Under the pieces are notes generated by a model. It did not search any database. It was not told the origin of the DNA and saw only the letters and a program-made list of their open reading frames with translations. Shown here piece after piece: positions 26,230 through 34,572 of a stretch of 64,000 nucleotides of DNA; the first letter of the stretch is position 1; every line of letters starts with the position of its first letter. The position numbers and the translations under genes were made by a program. Source of the DNA: a virus; the IMG/VR virus record IMGVR_UViG_3300002026_000021. One strand, written 5' to 3'.

Positions 26230-26790
26230 GTAGAAGTGAATAACCCTAATGAGGTTATTCTATCGCATGGCACTCTGAGTATAAATCTATGCATCAATTT
26301 ATACAAGTCAGTAACCATTTGACCACTCTACTTCTTTATATAGCAGGAGAGGGTTCTGCCCCCTCTAGGAAAAATTTATGAGACTTTTCTGTGTCTAACA
26401 CTTCCTGCGACGTACTTAATACAAATTAAAAATAATACCAGTTTAATTAATTACCTAAGATAAACTGGCAAATCTGCTGACTTACGATTCAGACCGATAG
26501 TGAGCTTGTAGTTGCTTAGCATCCACAGAGGCTTTCAGTGTTTTACGTTCCCTTGTACTTCGGGCTAATAATTTATTAAGTTAAATAATCTTAACTACGA
26601 TACTGTAGGTGTTACCTCCCCGCCTTCGAGCTACGGGTTCCGCTTTTCCATATCTCGTCAGGGAACGCTGAGTTTAAAAGCTCAGATTGTGGAGGTGGAG
26701 GGTTATGACCCCTCGTCCGATGTAAACTGACCTTTCGTTTCGTTGGGCATTGCGTCGGCTACGTCTATCATCGTCGAATCAATTCACCCC
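26230..26790. ncRNA. ~560-bp ORF-free, relatively GC-rich, hairpin-dense region; candidate structured RNA(s)
   Basis: No ORF of 60 aa or more on either strand. Contains hairpins such as GTATAAAT...ATTTATAC and GCAGGAGAGGGTTCTGCCCCCTCTAGG, plus minus-strand motifs GGGUGAAUUGAUUCGACG and a T-arm-like GAGGG-GTCATAA-CCCTC. Confidence 0.35.
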
Positions 26791-27066
26791 CAATTTTCTT
26801 TTTCTCTTTAATAGAAATTCTAATAACCTTTTATTAAAGTCATTATTATTATTATACTTTAATGGTTTACTTAAAGTGCTTTTACAAGTACATGGAGTAT
26901 GACCACAACCAGGACATAACCCTTTCTTTAATCGTTCATCTACTTTTGGTGGTCTTCCAAACATAGAATCACAATTTCGATGAAAACAACCAGTACATAA
27001 ATCATAAGACATTACTCCTGATTTCTTAATACCTCTAGGTTTCCTAGCTTTTTTAAAACTATTCAT
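26779..27066 (-). CDS. Cys-rich small protein (95 aa)
   Basis: CTGCFHRNC ... CPGCGHTPCTC. Confidence 0.45.
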   Translation of the reverse strand: MNSFKKARKPRGIKKSGVMSYDLCTGCFHRNCDSMFGRPPKVDERLKKGLCPGCGHTPCTCKSTLSKPLKYNNNNDFNKRLLEFLLKRKRKLGVN

Positions 27067-27295
27067 ATTAATCTCCTAATAGGCGATACTGGTACTGCCC
27101 CAATACTTCTTGTTTATCAGACAAGCTTGCAAAACTTCTACAACAATCACCTAAGCTGTCCCATCATGGATAAAAATAGCTGAGATACACTATTGATTTA
27201 GAACGTTACTCATTTAAGTTCCTTCAATTTGAATTGAACAAATTCCAAGAGTGTCAAAAACTCTGATGCTTCCGTTACACCATGAAGGAATGTAG

Positions 27296-27368
27296 ACCCC
27301 CTGAATGGACTCAAACCATTGCATACTCGATTTGCAGTCGAGCGCATTATCATCTTTGCTACAGAGGG
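27296..27368 (-). tRNA. tRNA-Cys (anticodon GCA)
   Basis: Acceptor CCCTCTG/CAGGGGG, U8-A9, anticodon arm CTCGA-CTGCAAA-TCGAG, T-arm AATGG-TTTGAGT-CCATT. Confidence 0.7.
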
Positions 27369-27437
27369 TTGAAAAATATATAGTATGTCAAATAACTATT
27401 ATTAAACAATAAACTTAATTATTGTTTCTATTAAGTA

Positions 27438-27528
27438 CGGAGAGAGTGGGTCTTGAAACCACACACCGTATCCCTACGATTACTACTAGTTTTCAGGACT
27501 AGCCCCTTGCCTTTAGGGTTACCTCTCC
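27438..27528 (-). tRNA. tRNA-Ser (anticodon UGA), type II
   Basis: Acceptor GGAGAGG/TCTCTCC, anticodon arm CTAGT-CCTGAAA-ACTAG, ~23-nt variable arm with hairpin CGTA-GGGA-TACG. Confidence 0.6.
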
Positions 27529-27533
27529 AAATA

Positions 27534-27614
27534 TGGGTAGAGAAGGATTTGCACCTCCGAAGCCGAAGCGAGGCGTTTACAGCGCCCTGGTTTTGACTAC
27601 TTACCTATCTACCC
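27534..27614 (-). tRNA. type II tRNA; anticodon loop CTGTAAA suggests a second tRNA-Tyr (GUA), or a mis-folded Leu/Ser
   Basis: Acceptor GGGTAGA/TCTACCC, 3-bp D stem, anticodon arm GGGCG-CTGTAAA-CGCCT, 12-nt variable region, T-arm GGAGG-TGCAAAT-CCTTC. Confidence 0.5.
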
Positions 27615-27616
27615 AT

Positions 27617-27690
27617 TAATAAACTCTGAACCATCCTAGAATCGAACTAGGAACAAACAGATTAAAGGTCTGTTGCTCTAACCATTTGAG
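27617..27690 (-). tRNA. tRNA-Lys (anticodon UUU)
   Basis: Acceptor GGACCAT/ATGGTTC, D-arm GCTC ... GAGC, anticodon arm ACAGA-CCTTTAA-TCTGT (C33 is unusual), T-arm TCCTAG-TTCGATT-CTAGGA. Confidence 0.6.
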
Positions 27691-27699
27691 CTAATGGTC

Positions 27700-27785
27700 C
27701 TTAACACCCCAGAGCGTGAAGGAATTGGACCTTCGCTATCTTTCAATAGGCCATAGATTAGCAATCTAGCACAGTTACCACTCTG
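27700..27785 (-). tRNA. tRNA-Ser (anticodon GCU), type II
   Basis: Acceptor AGAGCGT/ACGCTCT, D-arm ACAG-AGTGGTAA-CTGT, anticodon arm CTAGA-TTGCTAA-TCTAT, 19-nt variable arm, T-arm GAAGG-TCCAATT-CCTTC. Confidence 0.65.
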
Positions 27786-27905
27786 TCAACGCTCTATCAT
27801 AAGTATATACCGAGATATTAAAAATGTCAATAGAAATCCCTCAAAAGAATACAGTTATTATCATTAACAACTGTATTATTAATTAGTAACTCTTGTTTAC
27901 TATAG

Positions 27906-28280
27906 TTACTTCCAGACTTTAACACGCATAGAACGCTCTAGCATATACTTAACATGATACTCTAGGCAACCAGGAATCTCTACAGAAGGAAGCTCACCCT
28001 TCTCACGCTTCCTAGCAATCTCTAGTCCTACCTTCTTGCTGAATACGTCAGTTTTAGCACATTTGGCCCAACCGACAGAACCAGGACCGTTGGAGATAAC
28101 TACTGCATAAGGCTCTCCCTTAGAAATCTTAGCAACAGTCTGACCAAACGGAATTTCCATACATTTTCTATTCTGAAGCTCTACTGAAATATCCTCAGCA
28201 GAAACCCCCTCCTGAAGAACATGGCGAACCTTAGAACTCCTGACGTAATACACTAACTCCATACTTAACTCCCTTATCAT
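27906..28280 (-). CDS. hypothetical protein (124 aa), GC-elevated
   Basis: ORF in track; ~43% GC against the ~30% background. Confidence 0.5.
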   Translation of the reverse strand: MIRELSMELVYYVRSSKVRHVLQEGVSAEDISVELQNRKCMEIPFGQTVAKISKGEPYAVVISNGPGSVGWAKCAKTDVFSKKVGLEIARKREKGELPSVEIPGCLEYHVKYMLERSMRVKVWK

Positions 28281-28495
28281 ACTTATAAAAAGTATGAGAT
28301 AAAATATATTAATTATCTTAAAAGATAATAATATTTAATAGTTCTTAGCAAACCTTCGCTTAATAACTTTATACTGATTATACTCAGAGTCATAATCACG
28401 GTCATTCTTAATGAACTTAATCATATCAAAAAGCTGTGCCTTGGTAATAACAACACCAGTATCCTTATTCTTATACATAATCATTATAATCTCCT

Positions 28496-28852
28496 TTATA
28501 CTATCGGTAAACCCAAATTGATGTTGCTAACGATGTTCTTACAAGCAACTACGGAAGCCTGATTACGACCATCAAAGAACATATTCATTGAGTATTTTTG
28601 AATAATCTTAAAGATTACCCTAAAGAACGATTGCTGTAGAGTCCTGTGGTCATTTAGGATACATTGGAACATAACTTCAGCAAGCTTATCTTCACCGCCC
28701 ATGATGTTAAGTTTCTTAGAGAGTGCTTTGAAAGTATCCTGAACTTCTTCAATATACTTCTCTGCCTTCTCTACTTCAGCTTCATCAGAATCTTTAGTAA
28801 GATAAAAGAGCTTCATCAGTTTGTCGTCCATATTAGTTCCCCTTGATTTCAA
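28496..28852 (-). CDS. hypothetical protein (118 aa)
   Basis: ORF in track. Confidence 0.5.
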   Translation of the reverse strand: MKSRGTNMDDKLMKLFYLTKDSDEAEVEKAEKYIEEVQDTFKALSKKLNIMGGEDKLAEVMFQCILNDHRTLQQSFFRVIFKIIQKYSMNMFFDGRNQASVVACKNIVSNINLGLPIV

Positions 28853-29105
28853 CTAAGTCAAACTTGGTAAATCTACCTTTAGTATATTTACCAGACATAT
28901 TCCAGTAGAAATTAGGTTTAGAACCCGCTTTCTTAATACCGTTAACATCAGAGAAATCCACAGTACCTACCACAGGATATGAGGAACGCTTACCATCAGG
29001 AGTTTTCTTGTTAATAGCCTTCAAGAAAACCTTACGTCCACCAACAGTCTGATACTTCTTATCTAAGCTGATAGTCATCGTTAACCTCTTGATATTAGTA
29101 TACAT
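28833..29105 (-). CDS. hypothetical basic protein (90 aa)
   Basis: ORF in track. Confidence 0.5.
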   Translation of the reverse strand: MYTNIKRLTMTISLDKKYQTVGGRKVFLKAINKKTPDGKRSSYPVVGTVDFSDVNGIKKAGSKPNFYWNMSGKYTKGRFTKFDLVEIKGN

Positions 29106-29127
29106 TATTTTAATACTTTTGTCAATA

Positions 29128-29517
29128 CTAAAATTGAATTATTTCTATTAATTTTAATGTATTCTTATCAGCGATAGACTGCTTTTCTCCATGAACAACT
29201 GAATCAGATTCATAGATACTAACGTGGAATCCATACTCTTTAAAGAAATTGATATCTGCGTCTAAATGAAACCAGTCAAATAAAGCCTCTAAAGAACTGA
29301 AACCAAAAATGTATTTTTTCATTTCGTCAGCTTTAAGCCTAATCCAAATAGGAGCTAGTAAATCATCATAACCAGGATTGGGATGCTTCACTAAATAGGA
29401 TTCATCAAAACCTGATTTGATAACATGATTCTTTTCTAAGAATTCCATTAAAGTTACAGGAATACCACCTGTATAAGGTCCATGTTTATCATTATTCTCA
29501 ACTCGATAGAACAGCAT
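29128..29517 (-). CDS. hypothetical protein (129 aa)
   Basis: ORF in track; consensus promoter-like tgtcaa at 29575. Confidence 0.5.
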   Translation of the reverse strand: MLFYRVENNDKHGPYTGGIPVTLMEFLEKNHVIKSGFDESYLVKHPNPGYDDLLAPIWIRLKADEMKKYIFGFSSLEALFDWFHLDADINFFKEYGFHVSIYESDSVVHGEKQSIADKNTLKLIEIIQF

Positions 29518-29580
29518 ATTTAGCCACCTAAGTAATTGATACTTGATTCTATCGTATTATTAATAAAATGTCAAGTAGTT

Positions 29581-29862
29581 TTATTTATATTCTTTACTCA
29601 TTTTTTCAAAGGTCTTAGTAGGGTCAAGCTTCATATCTTTACACTTCCGAACAAAGAAACGTATTTCCCTTTTATCTGCTTTTAGAATACCCTTATACTC
29701 TTTATTGTTTAATCTACCAATAAAGCTTGAACGTTTCTTCAATTTCATGATTCTTTTGAAGCTCATTTCCAACATGTATTGGTCAGTTATTTTCATAATA
29801 ATCACACTCCTCTTTAAGTTCATCAAAGATTTTGGTACAATCAGTAACTCGACCGTCTTCAT
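29581..29862 (-). CDS. hypothetical basic protein (93 aa); overlaps the previous ORF by 80 nt
   Basis: ORF in track. Confidence 0.35.
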   Translation of the reverse strand: MKTVELLIVPKSLMNLKRSVIIMKITDQYMLEMSFKRIMKLKKRSSFIGRLNNKEYKGILKADKREIRFFVRKCKDMKLDPTKTFEKMSKEYK

Positions 29863-30262
29863 ATTTCATACGAATGAAGATGTCGAAAGGTTCTCCATGA
29901 TTTCCCAAAAGGTCGTTATCATACTCTTCAATAGAACCAAACCTTTGAGGCTTATGAAAAGCTAAAACGATTTCACCTTCTTTCGGCTTCCAACTTTCAT
30001 AGGGTTTAGCAAATTTAAACCAATCACAATCACCATCGGTAGGGTCTTTTACTTTACAAAAGAAATTAGGGGCAGTATGCTCTACATCATCAGGAACTTC
30101 TTCATACCAAAGACCAATCCTCGGACCTTCCCAATCTTCAGTTTCATCATTACGGACCATGACAAGGATTCCGGGTCTAAACCATTTAGGTTGATTCTGC
30201 ATTTGAATATAGGTTGGTTTCATTTTCATATCCTTATTTTGAGAGTCCCGCACTTGGGGCAA
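29783..30262 (-). CDS. hypothetical protein (159 aa)
   Basis: ORF in track. Confidence 0.5.
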   Translation of the reverse strand: MPQVRDSQNKDMKMKPTYIQMQNQPKWFRPGILVMVRNDETEDWEGPRIGLWYEEVPDDVEHTAPNFFCKVKDPTDGDCDWFKFAKPYESWKPKEGEIVLAFHKPQRFGSIEEYDNDLLGNHGEPFDIFIRMKYEDGRVTDCTKIFDELKEECDYYENN

Positions 30263-30450
30263 GCATAAATATTCTTGTTGCTTTTTAGCATTCTTTCATG
30301 AACATTGAAAGGATTCTCAGTTCTCACTTTAATTTGTAGCGGAATAAAATCTTCATCCCCATTATGCTTCCTAAGTTCATCCTGATGAGAAATGTCTTCT
30401 GCTTCAATCTCAAAATCTTGAAACTTATAATAACCACATACACATTTCAT
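30226..30450 (-). CDS. Zn-ribbon protein (74 aa)
   Basis: CVCGYYKF ... CPKCG. Confidence 0.45.
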   Translation of the reverse strand: MKCVCGYYKFQDFEIEAEDISHQDELRKHNGDEDFIPLQIKVRTENPFNVHERMLKSNKNIYACPKCGTLKIRI

Positions 30451-30837
30451 TTATTCCCCCTTATCATCACAAGTATCATATTCCTCAATATAATCTTCCT
30501 CAAGGCCGAGAACGTATTCAAAGGAATAAAGGCTATTTAATACTCTTTCCTCAATAATTTTAATTGATTGAAAATTAATAATATTAACTAAGTCTTCTTT
30601 TAAGAACTTTGTTAGAGCATCAATAGTAGAACCCTTAACCCCTATTAAAAGGCCAGGACGTTCTGTAACTATTTCAATAAAATTGTTCTTATACTCAACT
30701 CTATGAATGCCTAAGTCTCTAACTGCCTTAGTAGCTATAGTTACAGCTTTTACCATATCAGGTTCTTTTTTATTAGCTTCTTCTAAAAAGAAGTATCCAA
30801 TTTCCGAAGCTATTCGTTTATCAATATCCTCGTTCAT
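30451..30837 (-). CDS. hypothetical protein (128 aa)
   Basis: ORF in track. Confidence 0.5.
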   Translation of the reverse strand: MNEDIDKRIASEIGYFFLEEANKKEPDMVKAVTIATKAVRDLGIHRVEYKNNFIEIVTERPGLLIGVKGSTIDALTKFLKEDLVNIINFQSIKIIEERVLNSLYSFEYVLGLEEDYIEEYDTCDDKGE

Positions 30838-30852
30838 AATTAAACTCCTTAT

Positions 30853-31116
30853 TTATTTCCAACCTGAAGATAAACTATTTATACTCATGTTCATAGAAAT
30901 TATTGTTCCCTCTGTAAAGTAGACTCGGATATACTTTCCATTTTTTCCATAAATAACTGGTGGAATCGTTAATACGTTTTTACCATGATATTTATGATGA
31001 TCTTGAAGTGTAGATGGTTGATTAATCCACATTCGCTGTGGGGTTTCCTCTAATTTCTGTAAAACCGTGTAAAGGTTTGTGTTATCCATTATTAAACTCC
31101 TTAAACTAACTTCCAA
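30853..31116 (-). CDS. hypothetical protein (87 aa)
   Basis: ORF in track. Confidence 0.45.
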   Translation of the reverse strand: MEVSLRSLIMDNTNLYTVLQKLEETPQRMWINQPSTLQDHHKYHGKNVLTIPPVIYGKNGKYIRVYFTEGTIISMNMSINSLSSGWK

Positions 31117-31361
31117 CCTACCACATATTGCTGTTCTTCCATATCAGTCATCCAAGTATTGATATGGATTATATGGTTACGAGCTACTTCTTTATCAACA
31201 GAATTATCCATAACGTAATCTATATATCCATGATAGGTAGATTCAGAACTATTTTTATTAAAAATCATTATAGATACTTCTTCTGGTAAATCTATAATAT
31301 CATAAAATTTCTCTCTGATAGTATTCCCTACAACACCTATTGCAGTCAATTTGAGTTTCAT
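31101..31361 (-). CDS. hypothetical protein (86 aa)
   Basis: ORF in track. Confidence 0.45.
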   Translation of the reverse strand: MKLKLTAIGVVGNTIREKFYDIIDLPEEVSIMIFNKNSSESTYHGYIDYVMDNSVDKEVARNHIIHINTWMTDMEEQQYVVGWKLV

Positions 31362-31480
31362 TAGAATATCTCCTTAACGAAAGTAATAGGGTTAATACGT
31401 TTGTAAACACAGTAAACTATAATCTGTATTGCTACAGACATCATAAGAACTTCTATAAAGAGTTTCATTTTAGACTCCTT

Positions 31481-31681
31481 TTAATCCACATAATTCTTAA
31501 CTTGTGAGTATTTATACTTTTTGCCAATAAGAAACTTTCCATCTTTAAATACGGAGTACTCTTGAGTTGAACAGTTGAAAAAAACTTGGAATCCTTTGTT
31601 TTCTTTAACCAGTTTCATTTTTGGTCCCTCACTCGTAAGACTATTATACTCTATAATTAAATAAATGTCAAGTAGATTCAA
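31481..31681 (-). CDS. hypothetical protein (66 aa)
   Basis: ORF in track; consensus promoter-like tgtcaa at 31665. Confidence 0.4.
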   Translation of the reverse strand: MNLLDIYLIIEYNSLTSEGPKMKLVKENKGFQVFFNCSTQEYSVFKDGKFLIGKKYKYSQVKNYVD

Positions 31682-31711
31682 TAAAAAAAGAGGGTAAAAA
31701 CCCTCTTTTTA
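31682..31711. terminator. rho-independent terminator hairpin (bidirectional)
   Basis: AAAAAAAGAGGGT-aaaaa-CCCTCTTTTT. Confidence 0.7.
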
Positions 31712-31718
31712 ACATCAT

Positions 31719-33029
31719 TTACTGCTCTTCTTCCATATCAGTAATCAAGTCTTTAACAGCCGCTTCTGATTCTCCTAATAAGAACTTCTCTGATTTGAGC
31801 TTAAAGCTATCAATACCTCCAATCTCTCTACGAAGTACAATTCCTTCATCAGCGGTATTAACATTAACACAGTCTAAACAATTCTTTTCTAAGAAGTCTC
31901 GCTTTAAATTAGCTAGGAAATTAACATGCCAATTCTCATCAACATCTAAATCAGGATACATGTCTTTAGCACGACCATAGTAAAACTCTTGAACACATTC
32001 AACACCTAACTGATTACAGCGTTCTTTAACCTGACGAGTAGAGTACTCTATAGCATTTCCATCCTCATCAATGGTCTGGAATCTATATACAAATATCTTT
32101 GCTTCCTTTTCCTTAGCACCATAGTTGTATACATTCTTACCAATCTTCTGAATTGGAGCACCATCAGGGGTATATCCTACAATTTCGTAGTAAACTACTT
32201 CACCCTTATTAAGCTTACCAAAGAAGAAACTATTACCAATTTCAGACCATAAATCTGTAGAGTAGAAATGAGCCTTTTCTGATTTGTTCTCAATACCTAC
32301 AATCTTCTTAGTAACTCTACGAGAACCATATACATAATGGTATTCAGTATCATTAATTCTAGCACCAAATACCTTAGCAATTTTCTCTAAGATGGTCAAC
32401 TTCCTAGTTACTAATACATTACCAGTACGAGAACTTGTTCCGTGCATTTTGCGTGACACCCAAATAACATCATCGGGGTTAACCCTATTAATATTGCGAA
32501 TAAGCTGGTCAGTATCAATGTGTTCAGGGAAATGACCAGGGACTATCTTGCTCTCATCCTTCTTATGCTTCTGATTCTTTCCAGAATTATTAACAGACTT
32601 TACAGGAGGTGTATACTTATGACACACAGGGATATTATTCAATTCAGTAAAGGCAAATCCCTCTACAAAGTCTATTTGGGGAAAAAGCTTAATAAACTTA
32701 TCTAGTTCAATAACCAATCCATTAGAAATCTGTCCACGTAACCGAACTACACGAACTCTATTATTCTTTCCTAAGTAGGTTCCAATAGACTTAAAGTCAG
32801 GGTCTTTGAAGTTAGGATTAAGTTTATCTAACTCATCAATAATATCCTGCTCAATACAAAGATTTGAGTCAAAGTAGACTACTAGAGTCCCCGGTATAGT
32901 ATCCTTTCCTACAACTACAGTAGTAATAGGAACCCCATTAAGCTCTACTACTGCTGACTTAATATTTTCAGCACCTTCAATGTCATTAATGACAGAAAGC
33001 TTACCGATAAATGCTTGGTTATTCTCCAT
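31719..33029 (-). CDS. RNA ligase-like nucleotidyltransferase (Rnl2-type motif I)
   Basis: WVSRKMHGTSSR resembles the KxHGxN adenylylation motif I (T4 Rnl2 KIHGTN); 436 aa with an N-terminal extension. Confidence 0.5.
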   Translation of the reverse strand: MENNQAFIGKLSVINDIEGAENIKSAVVELNGVPITTVVVGKDTIPGTLVVYFDSNLCIEQDIIDELDKLNPNFKDPDFKSIGTYLGKNNRVRVVRLRGQISNGLVIELDKFIKLFPQIDFVEGFAFTELNNIPVCHKYTPPVKSVNNSGKNQKHKKDESKIVPGHFPEHIDTDQLIRNINRVNPDDVIWVSRKMHGTSSRTGNVLVTRKLTILEKIAKVFGARINDTEYHYVYGSRRVTKKIVGIENKSEKAHFYSTDLWSEIGNSFFFGKLNKGEVVYYEIVGYTPDGAPIQKIGKNVYNYGAKEKEAKIFVYRFQTIDEDGNAIEYSTRQVKERCNQLGVECVQEFYYGRAKDMYPDLDVDENWHVNFLANLKRDFLEKNCLDCVNVNTADEGIVLRREIGGIDSFKLKSEKFLLGESEAAVKDLITDMEEEQ

Positions 33030-33269
33030 CCCCTAACTCCTTCTCAATAAGTGCTAAAAGTATTCGTTTAGGAAGCAACTCTGCAACAGTACTATCTGAT
33101 TTAAGATGGGCTTTACATAGTTTCAACGTCTCTCTAAGAGAATCATTCTCTTCAGAATACGCTCGAAGGTCATCACCAAGTCCATACATATTTGGCTCCT
33201 TAAAAAGAATCTTTATGAGTAATAATATACCACATATCTATAATAAAGTCAATAGATTCTTTTAGAATT

Positions 33270-33845
33270 TTATTTAAATTTTCTATCATTATTATTGCCG
33301 TATGCTAATAGTAATGGATGCTTTAACTCCTCTTCAATAGAGAATACATAATCAAGATAAGCTTGTGTTCTTACAGGCAATTTCCAGCCTTTTTTAATAT
33401 ACTTTCTATATTGAGTTAACCCCATATTATAAGAAGCTACAGCAGAATACCAAGAACCAGAATCCTTCCTTAATTGTGCTAAATGCTGAATTCCTACATT
33501 CATAGCAACTTTCCATTGCCAAGGGTCTACAGGCTTTCCATTATTATAAGTAACAGCAAAGTATTCTAAATATTGAGAGTTTAATTGCATAATACCCCTA
33601 TCTACAGTTCCATTAGTATTATAGTTATATGCTTTAGAACTCCATTTAGATTCCCATTTAATTAATCTATATGCATATTTAACAGGAACATTATACCTTA
33701 AACATATAGAAACGAAATAATCTCCCATACCTGAAGGTACTTCAAACATTACTATTTGGTTATGGTCATATATTTTATAACGTTCAATAGAATTGACTGA
33801 AACCCCTATTGTGAGTAATATAACTAACATTATAACTTTTTGCAT
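33270..33845 (-). CDS. lytic transglycosylase (SLT domain) with N-terminal signal/TM segment
   Basis: ES (KWESKWS), GIMQLNSQY and ASYNMG SLT motifs; hydrophobic N-terminus VIMLVILLTIGVSV. Confidence 0.7.
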   Translation of the reverse strand: MQKVIMLVILLTIGVSVNSIERYKIYDHNQIVMFEVPSGMGDYFVSICLRYNVPVKYAYRLIKWESKWSSKAYNYNTNGTVDRGIMQLNSQYLEYFAVTYNNGKPVDPWQWKVAMNVGIQHLAQLRKDSGSWYSAVASYNMGLTQYRKYIKKGWKLPVRTQAYLDYVFSIEEELKHPLLLAYGNNNDRKFK

Positions 33846-34044
33846 TACTATCTCCTAAATCTCTAATTAGTCACTTTCTCAACGTGATAAACTTCAGTAG
33901 GAGATATTAGAATCCATTCTCTAATACCTTTTTGGTAATCAATTTGTCCAGTTTTATACCCAGAAGAAAATATTGAAAAAAACACCATAAAAAAGAAAAA
34001 TAAAGAAAGTATAACTGCTAAAAGTCTTATTCCAAATTTCATTA

Positions 34045-34287
34045 TTAATCTCCAAAATAAAGGTCAAAGTATTCTTTAATAAGAACATTACCAGAATAAC
34101 AATAATTTGTTATAACTAAGTTTACTTCAGTTTCAAACCCTATACCAACAAACTTATGAGTAACTTTACTAACTTCAAATTCATAATCATAGAATTTAAT
34201 ATAATCCCCAACATGAGGGACTATTGGCATCTTTCTATCTAAGAATTTCTGAGCACAATCTAAACTAGAAGTAAACTGCATATTCAA
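34045..34287 (-). CDS. hypothetical protein (80 aa)
   Basis: ORF in track. Confidence 0.45.
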   Translation of the reverse strand: MNMQFTSSLDCAQKFLDRKMPIVPHVGDYIKFYDYEFEVSKVTHKFVGIGFETEVNLVITNYCYSGNVLIKEYFDLYFGD

Positions 34288-34484
34288 TCTCCTATCCTCA
34301 CAAACTCAGCAAATTCAAAATACTTTTTATTATATTTACTATATACAATATTCTCAATTTTCTTAACCGCATCTTCACCTGTATCTGCTTCTACATAATA
34401 CTCAGGAAGGAGCATATGGTCCTCATTGAAAAAGAAGTATTTAACCATAAACTTTTTCATATTCATCTCCTTAATTTCATACAT
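34284..34484 (-). CDS. hypothetical protein (66 aa)
   Basis: ORF in track; promoter at 34482-34510. Confidence 0.45.
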   Translation of the reverse strand: MYEIKEMNMKKFMVKYFFFNEDHMLLPEYYVEADTGEDAVKKIENIVYSKYNKKYFEFAEFVRIGD

Positions 34485-34519
34485 TATAACATATTAATAG
34501 TATATTGTCAAGCTATAAA

Positions 34520-34572
34520 TAAAAAATCCTGAAATATTTCTACTTCAGGATTAGTTTTTTACAGATTATATA
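34520..34572. terminator. intrinsic terminator; the same hairpin sequence (CCTGAAATATTTCTACTTCAGG) also occurs at 8174-8195
   Basis: A-run, then an 8-9-bp stem, then a T-run; on the minus strand it is immediately followed by a consensus promoter. Confidence 0.65.

Noticed and set aside
26700-26790. A tmRNA gene on the minus strand (5' GGGUGAAUUGAUUCGACG ... T-arm-like 3' end).
   Set aside because: The two tRNA-like halves are only ~60 nt apart. No tag-peptide ORF with a resume codon and stop could be found. The 3' end does not form a clean acceptor stem with the 5' end. Kept only as a structured-RNA candidate.
27534-27614. Calling this tRNA confidently as a second tRNA-Tyr.
   Set aside because: A Tyr(GUA) tRNA with a better fold already exists at 25181-25267. 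A duplicate isoacceptor is possible, but the hand-fold may be shifted by one register (Leu/Ser alternatives). It is reported with reduced confidence.
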